64,000 nt of DNA from the human T2T-CHM13v2.0 reference genome, Homo sapiens. The stretch is taken from NCBI RefSeq assembly GCF_009914755.1, contig NC_060928.1; one strand, 5' to 3'. Positions 40,686 through 53,295 of this stretch are shown here, in pieces. The notes beneath the pieces are model-generated. The model did not search any database. It was not told the DNA's origin and was given only the letters and a program-made list of their open reading frames with translations. Each line of letters begins with the position of its first letter. Position 1 is the stretch's first letter. Made by a program: the position numbers and the translations under genes.

Positions 40686-43600
40686 TTGTTCACTTTCAAA
40701 GAAAAAAATGTAGTGTTTTGATGCATTGCTTTTAGGTCTTATGAAGTTTTTAGTTTTTTTTTTTTTTTCTACACAAAAGCATAAACTTAGCTACTTATGT
40801 GCCATCCTTTTCCTCTAATTTTTCCATCCATGCTTTCCATCCATGCTTTCAACGAAGTATAACACTGTTCTGTTTTATAGTTAATCATATATGTGCTACT
40901 CTCTTCCAAAGAGTGGTTATTGGCTGCAATCACTTTCTATTGACCTTATTTAATATACAAAATATTTTAGACGTGGAAAACTCTTACTGTTGTGGAGATC
41001 ATTAGAATCTTACTTTCTGGTACCTCCCCCTACCACCCCCCCAAAAAACTGGAAGACTATTAAAAGAGAAAGAAATTTATGCCAAATACACATGACTATT
41101 AAGGGGCTTGGATATGATTTTTTAAAGTCATCTCTGAAGTTTAAGTAGATATTGATAGGAAAAAATGCCATTATAGAAGTATTCATCATAGACACGATTT
41201 AACAAATAGATTCCATGCTTAAAGTAAGAAGACATACATCAACTTTATTTGTGTGCAAAAAAGTGTAGGAATAGAAAATCAAAAGTCTAAGAATGTTTTA
41301 TTTCATTTGAAAACAAAATTTGTCATTTAAAACCCTGTTGTCTATCTATGGCCAGGTTGTTTTCAGGTCACTGTGGGGGTTCACACCAACTTACAGGATT
41401 CCAGCAACAAACTTATTTCAATCCACTGCCCTGTGGCCTATAAAACATGCCTGGCCTCCCAACCTGAGAGGTGCCACTAGCAGTTTTATCTTTTTATCAC
41501 TCTGACTATGCTTGTATAGAAGACGATGGAGCCTCTCCTTATCGCTGCTTCTGGCTCTCAAGTTAAGAATGCGCCTTTGGAAGACTACGTTAAAAATATG
41601 TGGAATTTTGTTGTTGTTGTTGTTGTTCTTTTATTTACAGAAACTACAAAACTGAACTTTGTGTATGTTCATGTGTGTGTATTTAAGGAGGCTAATTAAC
41701 CAAAATGCCAAAAAATAAAAGCTTAAAAACCTCACAATTTGGATCTTACATCTCTAGGCATAAACATTTGACAAAAAATAGGAAATAAATATTCATTGTG
41801 AGGAAGCAAAATGTTCTAAAATGATATAGATTCCCAAACACATAGTCATCCACATAATCTATAATACATGTACATATGCATGCATAGGTATACATATAAA
41901 TACTACATAAAATAGGAGAAATTTAAAAAACAGTATAAGTTAAATGTTTTTCTTTCATAGCATCTTGCATACATCTATACATTATAAAATATAATTATAT
42001 ATCCATTTAAGATCATCAGTGTTTTATGTTATTTGTTCCATAAAAACACTACTGTAAATGTGGTAGAAGTAATAAATGAAAAGCATAGTCCCTTCGTATG
42101 AATAAATACTTGCACATCTCTATTCAAGAAAAAGTGTTATCACATTCACCCTGATAAAATGATATAAAATTTATTTAATTGGTGGGGTGGGGGTGTGGTG
42201 ACATGTAGGTTATAAAAGAAATAATAAAGTCCTCGTTAAGATGAGCTGAAAGTTTCTGTGACAAGGTAAAGTGCCCTGTACTGAAATAAATGTAGATTCT
42301 AAGATTTTCAGCTTTTAAAACAGATTACAACTTTCACCATTACTCTGAAATTTGCTTGCCTCAGATATACTCTAATACTTAGACTGCATAATATTCACCA
42401 GTTTAGATGGATTACACCCAGAAATGAAGTCTTGGTGCTAGCATTACATTTAGCATCCATAAAAGCATAAGGAAGTAATCATCATGAATTGAAACTCCAA
42501 CAAATAATTATTAAACCTCTACTATGTTGCAGGCAGATAAAATTGAATTTTAATATAAAACATTAGTAAAAATTAATTGAGACTCCTAAAACCCATTAAA
42601 CAAAAGAATATAAAATGGACAAGGAAGAAAAAATTCCGTTAGATCTTGAGCTTCCTACTAGGTAGTAAAATAAAAGTAGAATAGGCTCTGGAGTCAGACC
42701 AAACTGAGTTCTAATCCCACTTGCACAGTCAGCAGCTGTAGAATTTTAGACAAGTTGCTATAAGACAAATGATAATGCCACATGGATTAAATAAGATAAT
42801 GCATGAAAAGTACCTCACATATTCCTTGCATGCTAGCAGATGCTCAATAATGAGATTTTTTTCATTAAACACATAACTGGTAACATCAATGGGAAAATAT
42901 TAACTCTACCCCTGTACTTAAGAATATAAAAAATTCTTAGTAAATGTTTGCTGAATGAATGAGCACTGAGTGAAATCCAAACTGTGCAGAGGCACACAAC
43001 AAAGCTGTGACAAGGCTGGAACACTTTCCTCTGTCTCCATTCCCCTGAGATGAATTTCCTAGGAAACAAATTTTACCTTTGTAGTTGTTGTTGCTTTGCA
43101 TCTGTGGTTGTTTAAATACTTTAAGATCAATATAATTTTTTTTCCTGACTGCTAGTATCATTTCCACAGAGAGAATCAACTTTTATATTATTTTATATTT
43201 AACTTTTATATTCATCAACTTATAAGACATTATTACAATGTTCCAAAGTTCTGCTTATCTGGTCTCCCAAAAATTACATCAGGTTGGTAGAGCAAAGGAT
43301 TGTCAGGTGTTTTGGCAGCAAACCAGATCGAGATCAGGATAGAGTCAGGGTTCTGGGATAAGAACACGTTCCATAGGTTTCCCTCAGCCTTCAATCCCCC
43401 CTTAAACTAACAGGCCCTTTCACACTTTTCCATCATGATTAACATTCCCAAGTTCTCCCTGGCATAGGACCACTCTTCTAGTCATCACCTTCTGTAAGCC
43501 TCGGCACGGTGGTGAAGTCAAACGTGGAAGAAACCATGAAAAACTGGTTCTGGGCCTGAGTCCTTGCTTTGCTCTGCCATTAGTAAGGTATGTGATATGT

Positions 43601-46600
43601 GATATGAATTTCAACTAGTTCTCTGTTTTCTCTTTTGTTGAAAGAGACAAAATGTCGGTCATTAAAATCATGGGTTTTGCAGTTAGAAATGTGTGGTTTC
43701 ATACCCTGCCTTTCCCATTTAAGAGCATTATAACTTTACACAAATTACTTAACTGCTTTCTATACCTCAGTTTCTTGATTTATGAAATGGAAATTAATAA
43801 TAGCATCTCATTTGATAAGGGTCAATGAGACATCTCTAATATAATTATCAGAGCACAAAGCACATGGTTGGTTATTGTCATCCTTATTATCATTCTTATA
43901 ATATTATCAAGTGTCTTTCACAGCTATAATTATAATCCTCCATACAGAAACTCTACCTTGTTTACAAGTCTAGAAGTCAGGACTACACGGCAATGAATTA
44001 GAAAACAAAAACAGAAAATATAATTGAGATAAAAAAGAAGTAAGGGGAGACAGGAACTACCAAATGCACAGTAGTGAAACAGAGTGGATGTAATATAAAG
44101 ATGTAGACAATATTATTAAAGAGAACCCAAGTCCATTTGAGATGTTAGGACACTCAGAAACATAGTAAATTCGCATTTAACTAAAGGTGACATACGAATA
44201 GAAACCACTTTATACATCAGAGGCATTTTCCCCAATATATATAAACACATTTTACTCTACATCTTTAAAAATACACAACATCATATTTCATTAAGTTTGA
44301 GTCTAAATCTATAAATTAGATGCACATGTCTTGTTCCTTTAAGTTTTCTGCAGGAAAAAAAAATAAAAGCAATGTATCCTCTGCCCTTGATCTCCAGTTC
44401 AAAGCACATATGACACGGAAGCTACATAAATCACAGTGCTCGGTCGAATTAGTTTGAGAGTTTTAGAATCTGAATTATCACATAAGAAGCCCCCAAAGAA
44501 ACAGTGAATACAAGCACAACTGTAAGATTTGGGGAAGCTAAAATTAACCGTGAAGAAAAGGAAATTTATTCATGGAATGCTCTTAGTTCTGTGAATTTGT
44601 TTTACAGAAATCAGAGAATTTTATTGTTTTAAAATTAATGACTATAAAATAAAAGTCAGAAATAATCAGTGCAAAGGAATATTTTAAAATACAACACAAA
44701 ACAAAAATGCTTCTTAAGGCTGACCTAAGGCTCTTCTAACTCAATACTTAAGAGACAGAATCAGTGGAAAGAAAATAAATTACATCAGAATTTTTAAAAA
44801 AGCCATCTACCAGAAATCAAGAGGCTACGATAAATCTATAATCTGTCTGGTTCATAGGGAGAGAAAACCACAAATTTGGCAAAGCACAAAACTGGGAAAA
44901 ATAATAACCTAGCCATTTCAGAATTGGTTTTCTAACATTATTTTTTCTAGAAAAGTCAATTCTTCGTTGTTGAATTTGTTTTATATAATCAAGATCAAAT
45001 GACTAGGAATCAGGGGTATTAAAATCAAAAGTGAAGAAATTTGTCTTGTTTTCATCTAAATATGAAATTTATGTATTTCTTTTCTCTTTCAAGGGTAATA
45101 CCCTAAACTTGACCCTTCGGTTCTTGTCCTCTCTCTAAGGTACTGTGTGTTCACTAATTTTAATTTTACTAAGAACTGCTTGTCCCCTGATTTCTGTTTC
45201 AAACCAATGTCTAAATGTTGCACTAGTGTGTAGTATGCTCCTGATGTTAATGACTGTTATGTTATAATGAATACTGGGGCTTGTGAGTCAGTAAGATGAA
45301 GAAGAACATGCTATGCATCTGATCTAGAAAACATGTGGACTGCTAGTAGTCCTAAGGCAACTCAATGTTTGACATCTCATGTTATGAATCCAGGGGCATA
45401 TGGGTCACATTCAATAGTCAGGCTAGAATGATGATATTTTCTAGGTTATCTGTGACATTGATAGCCATTCTTTTTAGCTGACCGTTTACACCTCAAACTG
45501 AAAACAGTAACAGCAGCAAAACTGTATTGTAATAATATCATAAAACTATAAAGATTTTTATATGTTTTCCCATACAAAATATAACACCAACACCGACACC
45601 ATATGTTTAGGAGACATAACCTAAAGGAAGCTAGAGCGGATGGCAGCCTCATTAGAATCCACAACTTATTTCTCTGCTTGAAGTATTACATAGTTTAAAT
45701 TATCTTATCAAAACAAAATGAGGAGCTGTAAGGATTAGAAAAAATCAGAAAAAGACAAATCCTGGCATAGAGATGCTAGCATAAGCCATCATATCTTTAC
45801 TGAAATAAATTGTTGGTTATAAGTGGGTCCTTGGCGGAAGGGGACAAACAAACTTAAGACATTGTCCAATTCCTTGAAAGTGGTCTCCATGTTTCATCAA
45901 AATAAGAGAGTCTTAAGATTTACAAATGGTATTCTATGCAATTTTTGTATTCATTTATACCATAAAAATAGTGCAAGGCAGTATCCCCAATGTATGCATA
46001 ATTATGAAAGTTACTATATGATTAGAAAACTATTGTTTCAAAATTTATGTTTTCAAATTTACTTTGAATTTAAAAAGAAAAATTTATTTTATTTAACGCT
46101 CTTAGTAATTAAAATAGTGTGACTTCCTAAAGACTGTTGTCTCATCTTCTATTTTAAAGCAAACTGTACTCAGAATTAGCTACGATCTATTGTCTGTGTC
46201 AAGAAAGAATGTGTTTTAACTGATAAGTGTTTTATGTTTAATAGTATAGCACCAAAATAGGCTGAAAAAAGAATAATCAGCTTACTCTCTATTATCATAA
46301 AACTACAATATTGCCTCTAACATATTTCAAATCTGGAAAGTTATTTGATTAAAAAGTAACATTTTGATAAGTAAGAGAAAAAATATTTAATAACATGATC
46401 ATAATTTATATTTACTTTCTTACTTTCAAAGAATTTCATCACTTTAATGATAATGTAATATTGTTTTTTTCTTATAAGGGCTAATAACATTTCACAACCT
46501 GAAACATGAACTTCAATGCAATTTTGAATAATTGCTGTTTCACTATAACTTGCTGCAGTGGAGAACATTAGCTATTTGAGAACTGACATCTAACATCTGC

Positions 46601-46688
46601 AAGAATTGTGACTTTCAAACACACTGGCCATCAATAAATATCACTTGTTATTAACTTTAACAGTATTTCTACAAACAAAGAGACCCAC

Positions 46689-46768
46689 CTCAGGCTCAGG
46701 ACCAGCAATTGCTCCTTTGACTTCAGCAGCTCTCCCACTTTAAAACTGGCATAGCCCAAGAAACTTCG
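46689..46768 (-). CDS. INPP4B: INPP4B internal coding exon (80 nt, phase 0-2), [26 protein letters not shown](R)
   Basis: Acceptor ctgttattttcag|CGA AGT TTC and donor CTG AG|gtgggt. 26 codons + 2 nt, completed by the first base of the next exon (AG|A = Arg). Not in the ORF track. Confidence 0.96.
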
Positions 46769-46930
46769 CTGAAAATAACAGAAAGAATGGTTTCATTAAC
46801 TTGAGGTTCTTTAATATTTTTGCTGTCACATCAATCAAACAAAATTAGTCTTTAGAAGAATAAAATATTAAATCTATTAGCCTGACAAATATTTCAGTAA
46901 CAGAGATAAAATTATCAATAATATATCTAC

Positions 46931-46971
46931 CTCATGGGGTAGGATTAAAGGGTGAAAATGTATCATTTTCC
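46931..46971 (-). other. INPP4B: Candidate alternative INPP4B exon (41 nt) with ATG, encoding MIHFHPLILPHE in frame with the RSFLGY exon
   Basis: Acceptor ggtctcttttcttttag|GGAAA ATG, then 12 codons (46966-46931), then GAG|gtagat donor 162 nt upstream of the phase-0 acceptor at 46768. Predicted from motifs only. Confidence 0.5.
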
Positions 46972-47947
46972 CTAAAAGAAAAGAGACCAACAGGCTAGAA
47001 AATAACAAGAGGTAAAATACAGCACCCAGAGTTGTTTCACTAACTATAATTTTCTCTGCATATGAAAACTGAAGGAAAATAAAAGATGATATATTTTCCA
47101 TATTTACCAATGCTGTTGTTCCTCTTATTAGAATTCCTCAAATCACTGGCAGCAACAACTTTGTATTCCAGATATGAGCAAATCTGTTAGTTGGAGCTAT
47201 TTTTATGTGGGACTTTGTACAAGTTATAAATAGAAATGTTATATTTTTCCCCCATCACAGCAATGTTTAAAAGCATTTTTCCTTTGTTATTTCTTTACTA
47301 GCATGGGACAATTTCATTCTAATACACGAAAGAAAATGGCACTTATTAAGTTACATTTTTTTAAATTGCTTTTTTAGTCTATTATATTAGGTGTTGATGA
47401 CCTATGAATATCTGCTTTCTACTCTTTTTGACTCAATGTAAAGAATAAAACTCCAAATTGTTTTTTTTTTTTTTTCTTTCCCAGGATAAAAAACCTATCA
47501 TCTCTTTCTAATATCCCTGGCTACTTCTGACTTAAAAGTCACAATATTATGGGATAAATAACATGAAAAAGAGCTCTCATTCTTCCCTTAAGGTCAAGGA
47601 GTAAATATGAAAATATCAAACCCATGTTATTTCTTATGCCACTGCAGCCTAACAAAATGTAAATACTCCACAATAAGTCAATGCTACTTCTTCCAGAACA
47701 GTCTCTCATCATAGGTCTGCTGCTGAGCTACACTAGAATGAGAGGCTGGACAAAGAATTTGAGGGTAATGGCATCTTTTTCGAGGTAAATAGGAAATTAT
47801 TTCACACATGAAAGGCTACATCCACACTCAGAGACTGCTAGGCAGAGGAAAGAAAAGCTTCAAGTCGGAATTTTTCTCCCTCTTTTAAAATCTTTAACTT
47901 AGATGAGCTGGTCCTAAAAGGCTTAAAATCAAACATTTGGTAAAACA

Positions 47948-48146
47948 CGCTGGTCGTGGTGGCTCACGCCTGTCATGCCTATAATCCCAGTGACCCTGGA
48001 GGCTGAGGCAGGAGGACTGCTTGAGGCCAGGAGTTCAAGGCTGCAATGAGCTAAGATTGCATCACTGCACTCCAACCCAGGAGACAGAATGAGACCTCAT
48101 TTCTAAAAAAGAAAGAAAAGGAAAGGAAAGGAAAGGATAGGAAAGG
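47948..48146 (+). mobile_element. Alu monomer (FRAM/AluJ right arm) with (GAAAG)n tail
   Basis: gaggctgaggcaggaggactgcttgaggccaggagttcaaggctgcaatgagc..., single arm only. Confidence 0.85.
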
Positions 48147-48464
48147 CAACTCGGTTCTGAAGGAGATACCCAAATATTGCTAATGATAAACCCAATTAAT
48201 TGACTTAAAATTCAAAGACCTGGTTTAGACACAAAGTCACCAAAGCCTGAAAAATCTGAGACCAAATTATTAGATGAGGAACATTAGGCAAAAAATAGAT
48301 TTGTGGAAACAAGCTCTGATGATAGGACCGTGAGTGATGAAGTAGAGTGAATCAAGATAAAGAAGGAAGTTTGTGAGCTGTATCAGCAAAGCATGCAGAA
48401 ATTAGGGTGACTTTTCAGCCAGGGGCAGAGAGGACTCGGAGAGATCCTCCTGAATCAAAGTATT

Positions 48465-48742
48465 TATGTCACCTCACCAGAGATGCTCTCTAAGACATCC
48501 CTATACGAAAGCACACTCCCCTCCCACATACACACTCCTCTATTCTCTATTCCTGTTTTATTTTTCTCTATTGACACTTGTGACCACCTGACATATTATA
48601 TATTTATTTTGCACCTCTCCAAAAAATAATTGAGAATTGAAGCTCTACAAAGAGCTTTCTTTTGTTTGCTGATAACCCCCCACTGCATAGCACACAGTAG
48701 GTATCTGGTACATATTTACTGACAATGAATGAATGAATGAAC
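48465..48742 (+). mobile_element. L2 3' end
   Basis: gcatagcacacagtagg...atatttactgacaatgaatgaatgaatgaa terminus. Confidence 0.7.
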
Positions 48743-49229
48743 AAATGGCATAGACACTGGCCTTTAAGTAAGTGATTCTATTACATATAGGAGAAAAGCT
48801 ACCTTTGCAGCTATTTATAAACTACTGTTCACTGAAATGTGGAAAATCAAAACAATTTTATAGTATGCAGATCGTATACTGCTGTAGTGAATTTTATTTT
48901 AGCATTTTGTATTTTAAAGAGATGTCGATCTTACTTTCTCCTTCACTGATAATCATAGCTTTTAAATTAAATTCCCACTCATTATTCACACTCAAAGAAA
49001 ACTTTTAAGCAATCATAAATTTTATGAAACTCCAAAATTGCAAATTATTTTCTATTTGCCTTTTAAGATTTTGGAGGTATGGGTGGTTTTAAAATTGATA
49101 AAGCTGGCTACACATGTCATGAGATTATTGCAGTCTTTTTGGCAATAAAAGTAGCAAACACCCCACAGTGGAATGTAGCAGCTAGAGACAGGTGGAATTG
49201 CTATTTTCAGACATAAACTATGGACTCAC

Positions 49230-49334
49230 CATAAGGCACAGCTGCAAGTAAAATTTATGACCGCAAGTCATTGAATGTTTCTCCTGTTCACCAGACCAGG
49301 AGCTCCTGTGGAAGCAGAACGTTGGCTTGTCCAT
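49230..49334 (-). other. Candidate alternative first exon (35-codon ORF) or 12-nt microexon ending at a strong donor
   Basis: Minus strand TAG GAG ATG G (good Kozak) opens MDKPTFCFHRSSWSGEQEKHSMTCGHKFYLQLCLM, ending ATG|gtgagt in phase 0. An internal ttttacttgcag acceptor would give a 12-nt exon (49230-49241). Motif evidence only. Confidence 0.3.
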
Positions 49335-51413
49335 CTCCTAGCTGAGCCCAGTGTCTGGAACAGAGGGCTGCACTGTGAGTGCATACAGTGTGCCAAGAAC
49401 AATGCCCATGAGTCAGGTTTATCCATTATAACTGTCAGCCACTTGCTTGATCTCAAAGGATAATGAAAATGGTCACAAATAATAAAATCTGTTAAAAATC
49501 AATCTGGATAACGATGGCATCATACCATTACATTTCGTAAACTTGTCAGACAAGAGGAGTTATTATTTGGGTACCAATGCTATCCTTTTTTTAATCCTAA
49601 AAATAACTGTATATCAGGACTGCATGTTGTATAAACTACATTAATAAAATCAAAAAATGTGAGGACAATTGTTTTATGCTGCAACAACAAACAATGGGAT
49701 TGCCTATACGTTTACTTTTGAGCTGGTTTCTTGTTTTCTTCACCTCAGTATAAATAAAAGAAGGATTCTCTCATCCTCAAAGTTAGAAAATAAATCTTTT
49801 ATCTATGTGAATACTCACTGAACACATTGTAAAAGAATGAATGAGAAGAGTCTTCTCTATAGCACATGATGCTAATGTAAAAGAATAATTTAATATAAAG
49901 CTATTATATCTTTGCTATCACTGTCATTATAATTATATAATTTAAGATAATTTATTTAATTTTTTAATATTTTAAATATAATTCAAGGGACAGTGTTTTC
50001 TGAATATCCTTTGGTGCTGTTTCTATCAGGGGAAAATAAAGACAAAAAAGGGAAAGCTTCACTAGAGTTGGAGCTCAGAGGTCTGAAGTGTGGCTCTAAA
50101 TCAATTATTCTGTCCAAAAATGAAAATCTGGACAATTACATTACTTCTTCCGGCCCCCAGGCTCACCATCTACTGCTAAGCACTGTCACTTCTTATTTCC
50201 CTGTCTTCTCTCTTATGAAGTCTGCGGTCTTGAACAAGTTGCTCCACTACTCTAGGCCTTAGTTGCTGAAAAAAATGCCTATGATAACTTATCTTTCTCA
50301 TAGTTATTGCTATGAGAAAATTAAAGAAATCCAGACAAAGAAAGCATCTAGCCAGGAAAATAAAACATCTCCCATAAATAGAACTTTGCATAGTGATTAA
50401 GATCATATAACCAGAAGTCAGATGCCTTAAAAGTATCTAATGTGCAGCTTAAACACTTTTGGGAAAAGGCAAAGTATTTTTTAAAAAGTCTATGAGAAAT
50501 GCCTGCACTACAAAAAGAAAAATATATCTTTAAAAATAAATATGAGATTTGGGGGAAATATAACTTAGAATAAATTTTAGAAAAAAAGATGAAAAAAGAT
50601 ACAAAGGCCAAAAGGTACTATGTAGTTATGAATATTATTGTTGAGAAAATGTTACCTATGATCCCTTATAGCTGTTAGTAGTATTAGATTACATAGGATG
50701 TTTAAAGAACCTTAAGGATTAAGGCCCTGATAGTCTGTAGATAAGGAACTGGGGCCTCTAAGAGTAAACTGGCTTACACATGTCACAGAACTAGTTAATC
50801 TGCAGAAGGCAAGTTAGAACCCAGGTTTCTTGCTTCTCTGTCCAGCATTCTTTCATCCCCACCATGCTATGCCTCATTTCTAGGACAGGTGGCAATTCCC
50901 TTTCCTTCTGACAGACTCTCTGCCTGCACGACATGCAGCTCTAGCCTTTCTTGCCTGCTCATGACAACTCAACACTCAGTTATTCTGGTGCAAGAACCCC
51001 AAAGCAGATAATCATTAAATTGTTTGCTGCATGATTTCCATCACTCTCACCTAGCTGGAGAGTAATATCAAACAGGGTGAAAAAAAGTGGTGCATCTGTC
51101 AGAATCCCTGGCCTCTCCCTACAGGGAGTGTCCACATGAATAGTGTAACCCACCAGCCCCTGCAGCCACTCCGAGCAAGTCACAGATATCCACACTGCTC
51201 ACTAGGATTTGACATCTCCATGCAGCAGATCCTCTGTGGCTCCCCAGTCACCTTTAAGGGGGTCAGAGAAGGTACAGCACCATACATATGGCCACAGCTG
51301 GCCAAACCTCCATCATTCATATCCTTCTCACAAAGCCTGTATTCAAAGCACAGGTTTTTTTTTTTTTATATTACAATTTGCATGGACCTCCTCAAATTTA
51401 TTCAACTATTCTC

Positions 51414-51729
51414 CAGAGCTGTGCTATCCAATGGGTAGCCACTGGCTTTAGCATGTAAAATGTGGCTACTCCAAGTTGAGATGTACACTCAGTATAAAAT
51501 GCACACTGAATTTAGAATGCTTAGTATGAAAAAAGAAATATGAATATATAATTTATTGTATTGATTAAACTTTGGAATAATATTTTGCATATACTGGGTT
51601 AAATAAAACATATTAAAATTAATTCAGCCTGTTTCTTTTTACTTTTTAAAAACACAGCTGCTTGAAAATTTAAAATTACATATGCGGCATGCATTTTGTG
51701 ACATACATTATATCCATTGAACACTGCTG
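51414..51729. mobile_element. hAT-Charlie MITE (MER33-like)
   Basis: cagagctgtgctatccaat...gtagccact...attaaaattaattcagcctgtttctttttact...ttgaacactgctg. Confidence 0.75.
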
Positions 51730-52836
51730 GTTTAGAGGTTAAATGAATATATCAATAATATTTTGACCTATCATCATAAAACAACACATAGGAACTATGG
51801 TATAAGTTTTAAAAGGTCTCTGAAAAGTTGAAGTTTCTATCATAAGACTGATACACAACATCTCTTACACATAACTCACAGGCAGGCCTTTTCATAGCCC
51901 CAGTACTTTTTTTTTTTTTTTCTGTTAACCATAACAGGTATGGTTATATTATTTCCTACCCCATAGGAAGAGAAAAAGACCAAGTGAACTATTAACATTG
52001 AAAAATACATCAAAAAGAAAAAATAATTGGGAAGAAATCTATTAAAAGTTGATGAATAGCCCAAAGGAAACATTAAAAAGCACTTTAAGGTAAAGTCATT
52101 TATTACAGAATTTTATCTTTACTTGTGAATATACCTCAAAAGGTCTAAGAGCATATATTAGTATTTGCTTGACTAAGTCATCAAGAAAATATTTGGGTGC
52201 ATCCACTAAATTCTGTTTGAGAATGCAAAGAAACACACCTAACATATTTGAAAGATTATAATAAAAAATCTAAACTCCTTTAAAAAAAATTAGAGTACTT
52301 GAAGAGTAAAGCCCTTGTATGTTGTAATGACAGAGCCATTACTGGCTCTGTCCTCGGCCAAGAGCTTAAACTCTCCGATCTGTTTTGCGGTGTCCAAGGA
52401 AATATTTTGAGGATTCGCTGATAGGATGTATATTAACAAGTGGTACTTCATAGGTGGTCAACATGTGTTAACTTCTCTCTCCAAAATAACACGTAATCTG
52501 AGGGTGTTAGGAAGTCAATGCATGCTAAATTGTTCCTTTTTAGACTTATTCTTACCGTGCTTGAACTTTAGTTCTGAAATCTTACCTGCCATTTTGAGTT
52601 CTGATGGGTCACAAAATTTGTTAGATTTTCTACTGTATTATTACAGTAATTTCTAGAATCCCCCACCCATTTATTTCTGGTGGTTCTAATAATACATAAA
52701 ATGGTTGGCAAAATAAAATCATGGTGTGCTTTTTGATTTATTCAATACATAGTTCATAGATTTGCTAGCTTCCAAGCACAAAGCCAGGAATATTAGAAAT
52801 AGAGACTTTGCTCTCATGGAGTACATCTAGCAGGAG

Positions 52837-53295
52837 TGTGGAGACATGACTGATTGCCTATCTAACTCACTTTCTGCCCTTTCTTCATTACTAATAGCAC
52901 CTCAGTTTTGTTTAAATGAGAATTGTACCCAGATTCTCTTCTAGCTAAGGACTTAGGCGCTCCCCAATACTATGTAAGTGACAGTATACAAAATGAAATT
53001 TCCCAGGAAATTATTGTTTTCCAGAATTGAAGGGATAGGCCAGCTGAGCTTTTTGCCCTTGATTTTTCACTCAACCCAGAATGTGCTACCTGGGGTACCA
53101 TGGCCAGTTTGTGCAATTCTCTAAGAAAGAAGGACCAGGAAGATGGATAGAGTCTGGTTGCTTCAAGTCACTTTTGAGTAGCTGAAGCCCTGGACAATTT
53201 TCCCAAGACTTCTATAACATGAGAAAAACAAACCCATTCATTAGTTTTAAGCCAGTTTGTCACGTTACTTGCCTTAGGGTACGTTCCTAATTGCA
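52837..53295 (+). mobile_element. Old MaLR LTR (MLT1J/K-like)
   Basis: Degenerate; ends tgagaaaaacaaaccc...ttttaagccag...gttacttgc. Confidence 0.5.

Noticed and set aside
46583-46605. Possible 9-nt microexon ttcttgcag|ATGTTAGAT|gtcagt on the minus strand
   Set aside because: Weak donor, short pyrimidine tract and no other support.
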